From: an uncultured delta proteobacterium
Lineage (GTDB): Bacteria > Myxococcota > Myxococcia > Myxococcales > Anaeromyxobacteraceae
Direction: 5' to 3'
NCBI GenBank assembly: GCA_963766715.1
Contig: CAVYBH010000013.1
Location: 96,001-160,000 of the forward strand
Length of the DNA: 64,000 bases
The notes beneath the pieces are model-generated. The model saw only the letters and a list, made by a program, of their open reading frames with translations. It made no database searches and was not told the origin of the DNA. The position numbers and the translations under genes were made by a program. Shown one piece after another: positions 41,059 to 51,872 of this stretch (the first letter of the stretch is position 1; every line of letters starts with the position of its first letter).

Positions 41059-41619
41059 GCCCGACCCTCTCCCCTTCCGACCGCTCGGCGCTCGTCGACC
41101 TGGCGCGCGCCGCCATCCTCCACCGCCTCGGAATCGGGCCCGCACCGGCGCCGCCCTCCTCGGGAGCGCTGGCCGAGCCCCGCGGGGCCTTCGTCACCCT
41201 CCACCGGGGCGGGGCGCTGCGCGGCTGCATCGGCCGCTTCGAGCCGGAGGGCTCGCTCGCCCGCACCGTCTCCCAGATGGCGGTGGCGGCGGCGTTCGAG
41301 GACCCCCGCTTCCCCCCGCTTCGCCCGGAGGAGGCGTCGGACCTCCAGGTGCACGTGTCGGCGCTCGGCCCGCGCCGGCCCCTGCCCGATCCGGCCCAGG
41401 TCCAGGTCGGCGTGCACGGACTCGTGGTGAAGCAGGGCTGGCACCGCGGCGTGCTCCTCCCGGTGGTGGCCGTCGAGCAGGGCTGGGACGCGCAGACCTT
41501 CCTCAAGCACGCCTGCCTGAAGGCCGGCCTGCCGGCCGGATGCCTGGCTCGATCCGGCCACGACCGTCGAGGTGTTCGACGCCGAGGAGTTCGGGGACGC
41601 TCCCCAGGAAGACACATGA
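41055..41619 (+). CDS. AMMECR1-domain protein (AmmeMemoRadiSam protein A-like; frameshift ~41545)
   Basis: GAFVTL...LRGCIG, AAFEDPRFPP, GVLLPVVAVEQGWD, ACLKAGL. Confidence 0.88.
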
Positions 41620-42686
41620 ACGCGATCCTCCACTCCCTCCCGATGATCGCCGTCACGGTGCTGGCCTTCGGGCTGCTCATCGTCATCCACGAGCTGGGCC
41701 ACTACCTGGCCGCCCGCTGGTCGGGGATGCGGGTCGAGCGCTTCAGCGTCGGCTTCGGACCGGTCATCTGGTCGCGCCGGCGCGGAGACACCGAGTGGGC
41801 GGTGTCCGCGGTGCCGCTGGGCGGCTACGTGAAGATCGCGGGGATGGCGCCGGGCGAGGACATCGCCGCCGGGGATCGCAGCGCCTACGCGAACCAGCCC
41901 GCCTGGCGGCGCTTCCTCGTCATCCTGGCCGGGCCGGCCATGAACTACCTGCTCGCCGTGGTGCTCGCCACCGGGCTCATCGCCACCATGGGGCTGCGCG
42001 AGCCCGACGCGACCTCGACCATCGGCGACGTCATCGGAGGCGGAGCGGCGGAGCGGGCCGGCCTGCGCGCCGGCGATCGCGTGGTGGGCGCGGCGGGCGC
42101 GCCGGTGACCGGGTGGACCGAGCTCGTCCAGGCCGTCCGCTCCCACCCGGGGCAGGATCTCCGGCTCACGGTCGAGCGCGCCGGGGCGGCTCCGGGATCG
42201 CCGCCGCAGGAGGTCACGATGCGCCCCGACGACTCGGGGGGAATCGGGAAGGCCGGCATCGCGCCCAACCTCCGCTCCATCCAGGCCGGGCCGCTCGAGG
42301 CGGTCGCCATGGCCTTCCGGAGGACCAACGACAAGGCGGGCGAGATCCTGGGGGGCCTCGGCCAGGTCGTGACGCGCAAGCAGAAGGCCGAGCTGCAGGG
42401 TCCGATCGGCATCGCCCAGGAGATGACCCGCAGCGCGCGGGCCGGCGCCGCCCCCTTCCTCATGATGGTCTGGCTCATCTCCATCATGCTGGCCATCTTC
42501 AACTTCCTGCCCCTGCCGGCGCTCGACGGGGGACGGCTCGTCTTCCTGGGGTACGAGATCGTGGCGCGCCGCCCCGTGAACCAGAAGGTCGAGTCGATCA
42601 TCCACACCGTCGGCTTCATCGCCCTCTTCGGGCTGCTCCTCGCCGTCACGGTCTTCGGGGACCTGCCCCGACTCTTCCGGCGCTGA
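41616..42686 (+). CDS. rseP: RIP metalloprotease RseP (M50 with PDZ domain)
   Basis: IHELGH, FSVGFG, PLGGYVKI, NFLPLPALDGG. Confidence 0.92.
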   Translation: MNAILHSLPMIAVTVLAFGLLIVIHELGHYLAARWSGMRVERFSVGFGPVIWSRRRGDTEWAVSAVPLGGYVKIAGMAPGEDIAAGDRSAYANQPAWRRFLVILAGPAMNYLLAVVLATGLIATMGLREPDATSTIGDVIGGGAAERAGLRAGDRVVGAAGAPVTGWTELVQAVRSHPGQDLRLTVERAGAAPGSPPQEVTMRPDDSGGIGKAGIAPNLRSIQAGPLEAVAMAFRRTNDKAGEILGGLGQVVTRKQKAELQGPIGIAQEMTRSARAGAAPFLMMVWLISIMLAIFNFLPLPALDGGRLVFLGYEIVARRPVNQKVESIIHTVGFIALFGLLLAVTVFGDLPRLFRR

Positions 42687-42712
42687 GCCCGCCGCCGCGT
42701 TACCATCTTCAC

Positions 42713-43366
42713 GTGCCCATCACCGTGCTCTTCTTCGCCGTCGCCCGCGAGGCGGCTGGCCAGGAGTCGGAATCGCTGTCCACCTGGCCCGCCACGGTGG
42801 GCGAGCTGCGCGCGACCCTCCAGGCCAGGCACCCGGCGCTGGCCCGGGTGCTGCCTCGCTGCCGGCTCGCCGTGAACCAGGAGTTCGCCCAGGATCCCGA
42901 CCTCGTGCCCGACGGCGCCGAGGTGGCCGTGATCCCGCCGGTGTCGGGCGGCGCGGGCCGCTTCCGGGTCGTGGACCGGCCGCTCGACCTCCGCGAGGTG
43001 GTGGACGCGGTGTCCGGGCCCGGGCTCGGCGGCGTCGTCACCTTTCGCGGCGACGTCCGGGCCGAGAGCCACGGCAAGCAGGTGCTCCGTCTCGAGTACG
43101 AGGCCTACGCGCCGATGGCCGAGCGAAAGCTCGAGGAGATCGGGCGGCGGGTCGCGGCGGAGCACGGCGCGGAGGTGGCGGTCGTCCACCGGGTGGGCAC
43201 GCTCGTCCCGGGCGAGGCGGCGGTGGTGATCGCCGCGGCGGCCCCGCACCGGGCCCCGGCCTTCCGGGCCTGCGAGGCCACCCTGGAGCTGCTCAAGAAG
43301 GACGCGCCCATCTGGAAGCGCGAGGTCTACGCCGACGGCTCGGAATGGGTGGGGCTCGGACCGTGA
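42713..43366 (+). CDS. moaE: Fused molybdopterin synthase MoaD-MoaE
   Basis: TVLFFAVARE...VAVIPPVSGG (MoaD) runs in frame into LEYEAYAPMA, HRVG, KKDAPIWKRE (MoaE). Confidence 0.9.
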   Translation: MPITVLFFAVAREAAGQESESLSTWPATVGELRATLQARHPALARVLPRCRLAVNQEFAQDPDLVPDGAEVAVIPPVSGGAGRFRVVDRPLDLREVVDAVSGPGLGGVVTFRGDVRAESHGKQVLRLEYEAYAPMAERKLEEIGRRVAAEHGAEVAVVHRVGTLVPGEAAVVIAAAAPHRAPAFRACEATLELLKKDAPIWKREVYADGSEWVGLGP

Positions 43367-43998
43367 AGCTGGCCGTGTTCGACCTCGACGGGACGCTGGT
43401 CGATTCCCGCCAGGACCTCTACCTGGCCGTGGCCCACGCCCTCTCCGAGCTGGGGTTGCCCCAGCGGTCCCAGGAGGAGGTGGTGAGCTTCGTCGGCGAC
43501 GGCGCGGTCACCCTCGTCTCCCGCGCCATCGCGCCGCGGGAGCACCTCCTCGAGACCGCCGTGGCGCTCTGGCGGGAGCACTACTCCCGGCACCTCCTCG
43601 ACCACACGCGCCTGTACCCGGGCATCGCGGCGGTGCTCGGCAGCGCGCGGATCCCGCTCGCGGTGCACACCAACAAGCCCGGCGCCATGGCCCGCAGGAT
43701 CCTCGACGGCCTGGGCGTGCTCTCCCGGTTCGTCGCCGTCGTCGGGGGGGACGAGGCGGCCCGCAAGCCGGACCCTTCCGGCCTGCTCGGGATCTGCGTG
43801 CGCGCCGGAGTGAAGCCGGAGGACGCCGTCCTCATCGGCGACAGCCTGGTCGACCGATCGACCGCGGTGGCCGCCGGGGTCCGCTTCGTCCCCGTCTCCT
43901 GGGGCTTCGTCCCGATGGCGACGCTGGCCGCCGGCGGGGCCGAGGGCTTCGTCACCGACGCAGCCGGCCTCCTCCGGTGGGTGGGCGCTACCTCCTGA
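43363..43998 (+). CDS. HAD-family hydrolase (phosphoglycolate phosphatase-like)
   Basis: FDLDGTLVDS, TNKP, RKPDP, IGDS. Confidence 0.9.
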   Translation: MKLAVFDLDGTLVDSRQDLYLAVAHALSELGLPQRSQEEVVSFVGDGAVTLVSRAIAPREHLLETAVALWREHYSRHLLDHTRLYPGIAAVLGSARIPLAVHTNKPGAMARRILDGLGVLSRFVAVVGGDEAARKPDPSGLLGICVRAGVKPEDAVLIGDSLVDRSTAVAAGVRFVPVSWGFVPMATLAAGGAEGFVTDAAGLLRWVGATS

Positions 43999-44074
43999 GG
44001 GTGGCGCTCCCTCCTGAGGGTGGATGCCTGGGGAGCGACTTCTCGCCCCGCGCCGGGTGGGGTACACAGGAGCC

Positions 44075-44650
44075 GTGTCCGATCTCGAGCCCCGCATCCT
44101 GGCGCTCCTCGACTCCGGCGACCTCTCCGGCGCCGCGACGGAGGCCCTGCGGGGCTATGGCCCGCAGGTGCTCGGGTACCTGACCGCGGTGCTGCGGAAC
44201 GAGGACGACGCGCACGACGTCTTCTCCCAGTTCGCCGAGGACCTGTGGCGTGGGCTGGCCGGGTTCCGGCGGGAGTCGGCCGTCCGGACCTGGGCCTTCC
44301 GGCTGGCCTGGCACGCCGCTTCCCGGTACGCCCGGGACCCCTACCGCAGGCGCGGTCGCCCCATCCTCTCGACCGAGGCCTCCAAGATCGCCGAGGAGGT
44401 CCGGTCGACCCTCTCGACCTACGCGCCGGGCGGCCGGGCCGACAAGCTCATGAAGCTGCGCGAGTCGCTCGACCCCGAGGAGCAGACCCTGCTCATCCTC
44501 CGGGTGGACAAGGCCATGCCCTGGGAGGAAGTGGCGGAGGTTCTGCGCGCCGACGGCGAGCCGGCCACCCCCGCGGCGCTCCGGAAGCGCTTCGAGCGGC
44601 TGAAGGAGAAGCTGGGACGCCTGGCCCGGGAGCAGGGGCTCATCGAGTAG
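44075..44650 (+). CDS. ECF RNA polymerase sigma factor
   Basis: DDAHDVFSQF, RTWAFRLA, LDPEEQTLLILR...WEEVAEVL. Confidence 0.85.
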   Translation: MSDLEPRILALLDSGDLSGAATEALRGYGPQVLGYLTAVLRNEDDAHDVFSQFAEDLWRGLAGFRRESAVRTWAFRLAWHAASRYARDPYRRRGRPILSTEASKIAEEVRSTLSTYAPGGRADKLMKLRESLDPEEQTLLILRVDKAMPWEEVAEVLRADGEPATPAALRKRFERLKEKLGRLAREQGLIE

Positions 44651-44704
44651 CCCGCGGAGCGCAGGAAACTCGACGGCCCCCGGGGTGCGTGGGAACCTCT
44701 GGCC

Positions 44705-45076
44705 ATGTCCCGGCTGCTCCTCGCCGTCGCCGTCGCGACCCTCCTCGCGCTCGTCGGCGCCTTCGTCCCCTTCGACGGGAAGACGCTCGTGGAGCGGTGG
44801 CATTCCGCCCCTTCCGCGTCGCAGTTCGCCGATTGGGGATGGAACGAGCTCTCGGCCGGCTGGGACCGGCTCTGGGGCGCGAAGCCCGGCCCGAAGTCGT
44901 CCCCGAAGGGTTCTCCCGCGCGGGCCACCGCCGGCGCCCGCCCCGCCCGCGCGGCGGGATCGCCCCCGGACAAGCCCGTGCCGGAGCCCGTCGAGCACCA
45001 CACCGACGCGGATCGCAGCGCGCTCGATCGCATCGTCGCGGAGCACGCGGCGGACCGGCCGGCCCCCCGCCCCTGA
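44705..45076 (+). CDS. Hypothetical membrane-anchored protein
   Basis: Hydrophobic N-terminus, Pro-rich linker, C-terminal EHHTDADRSALDRIV. Confidence 0.6.
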   Translation: MSRLLLAVAVATLLALVGAFVPFDGKTLVERWHSAPSASQFADWGWNELSAGWDRLWGAKPGPKSSPKGSPARATAGARPARAAGSPPDKPVPEPVEHHTDADRSALDRIVAEHAADRPAPRP

Positions 45077-45143
45077 CCGGGACGGGCCCCAGACGAATCG
45101 CGTGGTTGCGTTCCGGGCGGGGGTCGGGTAATCAACGCCCCGA

Positions 45144-45452
45144 ATGTCCGACACGACTGCGAAGACCAAGGCGAAGAAGGCCGCTCCGAAGGCCAAGGGC
45201 GGCGGCAAGAAGACCTGCAAGATCCAGGGCTGCAAGCGCTCGTACCGCGCCAAGGGGCTCTGCTTCTTCCACTACTCCCAGTGGCGCCGGGGGGAGATCG
45301 AGGCCAAGCCTCGCCGCTGGAAGGGCTGCGGCAAGGAGGAGTGCAAGAAGAAGGTGTTCGAGCACGGCCTCTGCAAGGACCACTTCGACGCCTGGAAGAA
45401 GAGCCGCAAGGGCGCGAAGCAGGCGGCGCCGGCCGAAGCGCCGGCCGCCTAG
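45144..45452 (+). CDS. Small basic protein with two C-x4-C-x9-C-x2-H motifs (myxobacterial vegetative-protein-like)
   Basis: CKIQGC...GLCFFHY and CGKEEC...GLCKDHF; Lys-rich tails. Confidence 0.75.
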   Translation: MSDTTAKTKAKKAAPKAKGGGKKTCKIQGCKRSYRAKGLCFFHYSQWRRGEIEAKPRRWKGCGKEECKKKVFEHGLCKDHFDAWKKSRKGAKQAAPAEAPAA

Positions 45453-46234
45453 CGGTTTTCCTCTCCGTCCGCCGGCCCGATCGCGAGCTTCCGCTCCAGC
45501 GTCCGGGCCGCGGCGGCGAGCAGTTCCGCCTCTCGCTGCGTGGGCTCTGCCCGCGCGAGCAGGCGCCTCCACTCCGCGAGGATCGCGTCGGGGTTCTGCG
45601 GGTTGAGGTAGCCCGCGCCGGACAGGAGCGTCTTCATCCGGCGCCAGAAGGCCTCGACCGTCTCGTGGCGCGCCGGCTCCTCCTCGGGGAGGGGCGCGAA
45701 GGCGGCGCCCTGCCCGAGCGAGATCTCGTAGGCCAGCACCGCCGCCGCCTGGGCCAGGTTCATCGAGTCGTAGGCGGCGCTCGTGGGGATGGTGCAGACC
45801 GCCGAGCAGAGCGTGAGCTCGGCGTCGGAGAGGCCGCGGCGCTCCTCCCCCAGGACGATCGCCAGCCGGCCCGTTCCCCTCCTCCGGGCCACCTCCTCCC
45901 CCAGCTCCCGCGGCGTGAGGCGCGGGCGCCCCTCCACGGCGCGCGAGGTGCTCCCGCAGGCCCAGACCGTTCCGGCCAGGGCGGCCGCGAGGTCGGGCTT
46001 CACCTGGGAGGACTCCAGCACCCCGATGGCCTTCCGGGCCGTGCGCCGCGCCCGGCGGATCACGTCCTCCCGGGCGTTCTGGCCACGCCCTGACCGGGGC
46101 AGGCCCGACCACGAAGGGGGGGGCACCACCGAGAGCCGGGACAGCCCGAAGTTGAGGAGCACCCGCGCCACGGCGCCGATGTTCTCCGCCGACGAGGGGC
46201 GGTGCAGCACGAAGATCAGGTCATCCCGGTCCAA
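45449..46234 (-). CDS. TrmJ/LasT-family SPOUT RNA methyltransferase
   Basis: ENIGAVARVLLNFG, VLGEERRGLS, YDSMNLAQA. Confidence 0.88.
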   Translation of the reverse strand: MDRDDLIFVLHRPSSAENIGAVARVLLNFGLSRLSVVPPPSWSGLPRSGRGQNAREDVIRRARRTARKAIGVLESSQVKPDLAAALAGTVWACGSTSRAVEGRPRLTPRELGEEVARRRGTGRLAIVLGEERRGLSDAELTLCSAVCTIPTSAAYDSMNLAQAAAVLAYEISLGQGAAFAPLPEEEPARHETVEAFWRRMKTLLSGAGYLNPQNPDAILAEWRRLLARAEPTQREAELLAAAARTLERKLAIGPADGEENR

Positions 46235-46261
46235 TGCGCCCGTATGCTAGCATTCGCGCCC

Positions 46262-47217
46262 ATGATTCCCGACCTCAAGCTTCGCGAACAGCTCGCCCAC
46301 ACGCTCCGGCAGTTCGACGCCCCTGCGCTCGGGGAGCTCTACCGCGGCAAGGTGCGCGACAACTACTCGCGCGGCGACCGGATCGTGATGATCACCACCG
46401 ACCGGATCAGCGCCTTCGACCACGTGCTGGGGACCATCCCGTTCAAGGGAGAGGTGCTCTCCCGCCTCACCCGGTTCTGGTTCGAGAAGGTGAAGGACAT
46501 CGCCCCCACCCACATCCTCGACAACCCGGATCCGAGCGTGATGGTGGTGAAGCGCGCCCAGCCGCTCCCGGTCGAGATCATCATCCGCGGCTACATCACC
46601 GGGTCGCTGTGGCGCGACTACGTGGCGGGGAAGGCCGGCGCCTACGGCATCGACTGGCCCCAGGGATTGCGCAAGGACCAGAAGTTCCACCTGCCCATCA
46701 TCACGCCCTCCACCAAGGCCCAGTACGGCAAGCACGACGAGCCGATCAGCGAGCAGGAGATCGTCGCGAAGGGGCTCGTTCCGGCCGCGGTCTGGCAGGA
46801 GGCCGTCGAGATCGCCCGGGCGCTCTTCCGGCGCGGCCAGGAGTGGGCCGCGACGCGGGGGCTCATCCTCGTCGACACCAAGTACGAGATGGGCATCGCC
46901 GACGGCAAGCTGGTGGTGATCGACGAGATCCACACGCCGGACAGCTCCCGCTACTGGGTCGCCAAGGGCTACGAGGAGCGGCTGGCCGCCGGCCAGGACC
47001 AGCAGATGCTCGACAAGGAGAACATCCGGCAGTGGCTCATCCAGGAGCACGGGTTCTCCGGCCACGGCACGCCGCCGGCGCTCACCGACGACGTCCGGGT
47101 GATGCTGGCCGGCAAGTACATCGAGGTCTTCGAGCTCCTCACCGGCGAGAAGTTCGAGTCGCCGGTCGGAAGCGTGGACGCGCGGATCCGCGCGAATCTC
47201 CAGGCGAAGGGCTACCT

Positions 47218-47221
<4 letters not shown>
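46262..47221 (+). CDS. purC: SAICAR synthetase
   Basis: YRGKVRDNY, TDRISAFD, LVDTKYEMG, DEIHTPDSSRYW. Confidence 0.95.
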
Positions 47222-48550
<1,329 letters not shown>

Positions 48551-48593
48551 CCGACCCTCCGCGGCCGCCTGGCGGCCGGCTTGCGTTTCCGGC

Positions 48594-49052
48594 CTACCGG
48601 CCGGTGGAACCGAATCCGCCGTCGCCCCGGCCGGTGTCCGGCAGGCTGGCGACCTCCACGAGCGACGCCCGCGTCACCGGCGCGACCACCAGCTGCGCGA
48701 TGCGCTCCCCGCGGGCCAGGCGCACCCGCTCCTGCCCCCAGTTGACGAGGATGACGCCCACCTCGCCCCGGTAGTCGCTGTCGATGGTGCCGGGGGCGTT
48801 CGCCATCCCCAGGCCGAGCTTGAGCGCCAGCCCGGAGCGGGGACGGACCTGCCCTTCCCACCCCGGCGGGATGGCCACGGCGATGCCCGTGGGCACGAGC
48901 CGGCGCTCGCCCGGGGCGAGGTCCACCGGCTCGTCGGCCCGCAGGTCCATGCCGGCGGCGCCGGCGGTCTGGTAGCGAGGCAGCTCCAGCGGCTCGCCGC
49001 GGCCGCCCACCCGAAGCACCGGGATCGGGATCGGGGTCTCGGCCGCGGCCAC
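48594..49052 (-). CDS. dut: dUTP diphosphatase
   Basis: [37 protein letters not shown]. Confidence 0.96.
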   Translation of the reverse strand: MAAAETPIPIPVLRVGGRGEPLELPRYQTAGAAGMDLRADEPVDLAPGERRLVPTGIAVAIPPGWEGQVRPRSGLALKLGLGMANAPGTIDSDYRGEVGVILVNWGQERVRLARGERIAQLVVAPVTRASLVEVASLPDTGRGDGGFGSTGR

Positions 49053-49064
49053 CGCTCGCCTCCC

Positions 49065-51230
49065 CTAGCCCTTGGCAGGCTCGGGGTCGGTCTTGGCGGC
49101 GTCCGGCTTCTGCGCGGCCGCGTCGGCCAGCGCCTCCTTGCGGGAGAGGCGGATCTTGCCGGCACGGTCGACCGAGATGACCTTCACGAGCACCTCCTCG
49201 CCCTCCTGGAGGACGTCGGAGACGCTCTTCACCCGCTTGTCCGAGAGCTCGGAGATGTGGATGAGGCCGTCGGTGCCCGGGAAGATCTCCACGAAGGCGC
49301 CGAACTCGGCGATCTTGCGGACCGTGCCGAGGTAGGTCTTGCCGACGTCGGCCTCCTGGGTGAGGTTCTTGATCATCTTGATCGCCGCGTCGACGTTGGT
49401 CTGGTTCGGGCTGGCGATGTTGATGGTGCCGTCGTCCTCGATGTTGATGCTGCAGCCGGTGCGGGCGGTGATGTCCTTGATCACCTTGCCGCCGGGCCCG
49501 ATGACGTCCTTGATGCGCTCCGGCCGGATCTTGATGGTGGTGATCCGCGGCGCGTAGGCGCTGATGTCGGTGCGCGGCGCGCTGATGGCCTTGGCCATCT
49601 CGCCGAGGATGTGCTTGCGGCCGGCAGCGGCCTGGTTCAGCGCGTCCTCGAGGATCTTGCGGGTCACGCCGCCGATCTTGATGTCCATCTGGATGGCGGT
49701 GATGCCGGCCTCGGTCCCGCAGACCTTGAAGTCCATGTCGCCGAGGTGATCCTCGTCGCCGAGGATGTCGGAGAGGATGGCGATCTTCTCGCCCTCCTTG
49801 ATGAGCCCCATCGCGATGCCGGCCACGGGGGCCTTCACCGGGACGCCGGCGTCCATGAGCGACAGGCAGCCGCCGCAGACCGAGGCCATCGACGACGAGC
49901 CGTTCGACTCCATGATGTCGGAGACGATCCGGATGGTGTACGGGAACTTGTCCTCGGCGGGCAGCACGGCGCGGAGCGCGCGCTCGGCGAGCGCGCCGTG
50001 GCCGATCTCCCGGCGGCCGGGGCCGCGGAGGAACTTGGCCTCGCCCACGGAGAAGGGCGGGAAGTTGTAGTGGAGCATGAACTTCTTGAAGATCATGCCG
50101 GTCAGCATCTCGACCCGCTGCTCGTCCTCGGAGGTGCCGAGGGTGGCGGCGACCAGCGCCTGCGTCTCGCCGCGGGTGAAGAGGGCGGAGCCGTGGACGC
50201 GGGGGAGGATGCCGACCTCGGAGGCGATGAACCGGATGTCGGCCGGTCCGCGGCCGCCGATCCGGCGCCCCTCGTCGGTGATCATCTTCCGCATGTAGTC
50301 GTACTTCACGTCCTCGTAGTAGCCCTTGATCTCCTTCTCGCGGGCCACCAGCGCGGCGAGCTGGGCCGCGTCGCCGGCGGCCTCCGCCTTGAGCGCCTCG
50401 AGGAGCTCCTTCTTGATCTCGGAGAGCCGGCCGTAGCGGTCGTGCTTCTCGTTGCGGGCGTAGGCCTCCTTGACCTTGCCCCAGGTGAGCGACTTCACCT
50501 TCTCGCGAAGGACGACGTCGTTCTTGGGGGGATCGAAGGAGCGCTTCGACTTGCCGATGGTCTTGGCGAGCCGGTCCTGCGCGTCGAGGAGCGGGACCAC
50601 CGCGGCCTGGCCGAAGAGGAGCGCGTCCACCATGACGCTCTCGGGGATCTCCTTGCCGCCGCCCTCCACCATGACGACCGCGTCGCGCGACGCCGCCATG
50701 ATCACGTCGAGGTCGGCCTCGGCGCGCTGGGCCATCGTGGGGTTGGCGATGAACTTGCCGCCGACCCGGCCGACGCGGACGCCGGCGATGGGGCCGTGGA
50801 ACGGGACGTCGGAGACGGCCATGGCGGCCGAGGCGCCGGTGAGCGCCAGCACGTCGGTGTCGTTCTCCTGGTCGAAGGAGATGACCGTGCAGATGATCTG
50901 CGTCTCGTTGGCGTAGCCCTCGGGGAAGAGGGGGCGGCAGGAGCGGTCGACGATGCGGGAGACCAGCGTCTCCTTCTCGGTGAGCCGGCCCTCGCGGCGG
51001 AAGAAGCTGCCGGGGATCTTGCCCGCGGCGAACATCTTCTCCTGGTAGTCGACGGTCAGCGGGAAGAAGTCGATGCCCTCCTTCTTCTCCTTGGCCGACA
51101 CGACGGTGACGAGGACGATGGAGTCGCCGTGGCGGATCCAGATGGATCCGTCGGCCTGCTTGGCGACCTTGCCGGTCTCGAGGGAGATCTCGCGATCGCC
51201 TACCTGGACGCGTTCCTGGATGGCCTTCAT
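49065..51230 (-). CDS. pnp: Polyribonucleotide nucleotidyltransferase
   Basis: [32 protein letters not shown] and S1 domains. Confidence 0.97.
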   Translation of the reverse strand: MKAIQERVQVGDREISLETGKVAKQADGSIWIRHGDSIVLVTVVSAKEKKEGIDFFPLTVDYQEKMFAAGKIPGSFFRREGRLTEKETLVSRIVDRSCRPLFPEGYANETQIICTVISFDQENDTDVLALTGASAAMAVSDVPFHGPIAGVRVGRVGGKFIANPTMAQRAEADLDVIMAASRDAVVMVEGGGKEIPESVMVDALLFGQAAVVPLLDAQDRLAKTIGKSKRSFDPPKNDVVLREKVKSLTWGKVKEAYARNEKHDRYGRLSEIKKELLEALKAEAAGDAAQLAALVAREKEIKGYYEDVKYDYMRKMITDEGRRIGGRGPADIRFIASEVGILPRVHGSALFTRGETQALVAATLGTSEDEQRVEMLTGMIFKKFMLHYNFPPFSVGEAKFLRGPGRREIGHGALAERALRAVLPAEDKFPYTIRIVSDIMESNGSSSMASVCGGCLSLMDAGVPVKAPVAGIAMGLIKEGEKIAILSDILGDEDHLGDMDFKVCGTEAGITAIQMDIKIGGVTRKILEDALNQAAAGRKHILGEMAKAISAPRTDISAYAPRITTIKIRPERIKDVIGPGGKVIKDITARTGCSINIEDDGTINIASPNQTNVDAAIKMIKNLTQEADVGKTYLGTVRKIAEFGAFVEIFPGTDGLIHISELSDKRVKSVSDVLQEGEEVLVKVISVDRAGKIRLSRKEALADAAAQKPDAAKTDPEPAKG

Positions 51231-51485
51231 GTGGCACCTTCACGATGTGAGCCGGGGGGCGTCGATCGCCCTCCGGTCCCGCCGTGCGAGTTGCCGGCGC
51301 CCGACCCACGGTGCCTCTGTTTCTCACTGGGGGGCCGCTCGCGGGGAGCGGCGCTCGAGTCGGAAACGGAAGCGCCGTCGAGGGTGCGTCGGCCCGCTCG
51401 CGGGCGGGCCTGTTGAACTGCCGGCCCCCGCGTGTCGGGGGCGCGGCGCGCTCCGGTCCCGAGGGGCCGGAGCGCTTGCCCTGCC

Positions 51486-51755
51486 CTACTTCCGGAGCCC
51501 GAGCTGCTCGATGACCGTCTTGTAGCGGTTCAGGTCGATCGACCGGAGGTAGTCGAGAAGACGGCGCCGCTGCCCGACCAGCTTGAGCAGGCCGCGGCGG
51601 CTGTGGTGATCCTTCTTGTGGGTCTTGAAGTGCTCGGTGAGGTAGGTGATGCGCTCGGTGATGAGCGCGACCTGGACCTCGGGGGACCCGGTGTCCTTCT
51701 CGTGCCGCTGGTACTTGTGGACGAGCTCGGACTTCTTCTCAGCGATCAGCGCCAT
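51486..51755 (-). CDS. rpsO: 30S ribosomal protein S15
   Basis: [32 protein letters not shown]. Confidence 0.98.
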   Translation of the reverse strand: MALIAEKKSELVHKYQRHEKDTGSPEVQVALITERITYLTEHFKTHKKDHHSRRGLLKLVGQRRRLLDYLRSIDLNRYKTVIEQLGLRK

Positions 51756-51843
51756 ATCGGATGCTCCCTAGTTGTGGACCGTCCCCGTCTCGAGGGCGAA
51801 GGCGTCGCGCCACGGGGATAGTGGACGGCGGGTTGGAGGGCGT

Positions 51844-51872
51844 CTTTTAGCGATCAGGACGCTCGAAGTCAA
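51844..51872 (-). promoter_or_regulatory. Sigma70 promoter of rpsO
   Basis: TTGACT-17 nt-TAAAAG, overlapping the truB stop. Confidence 0.65.
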
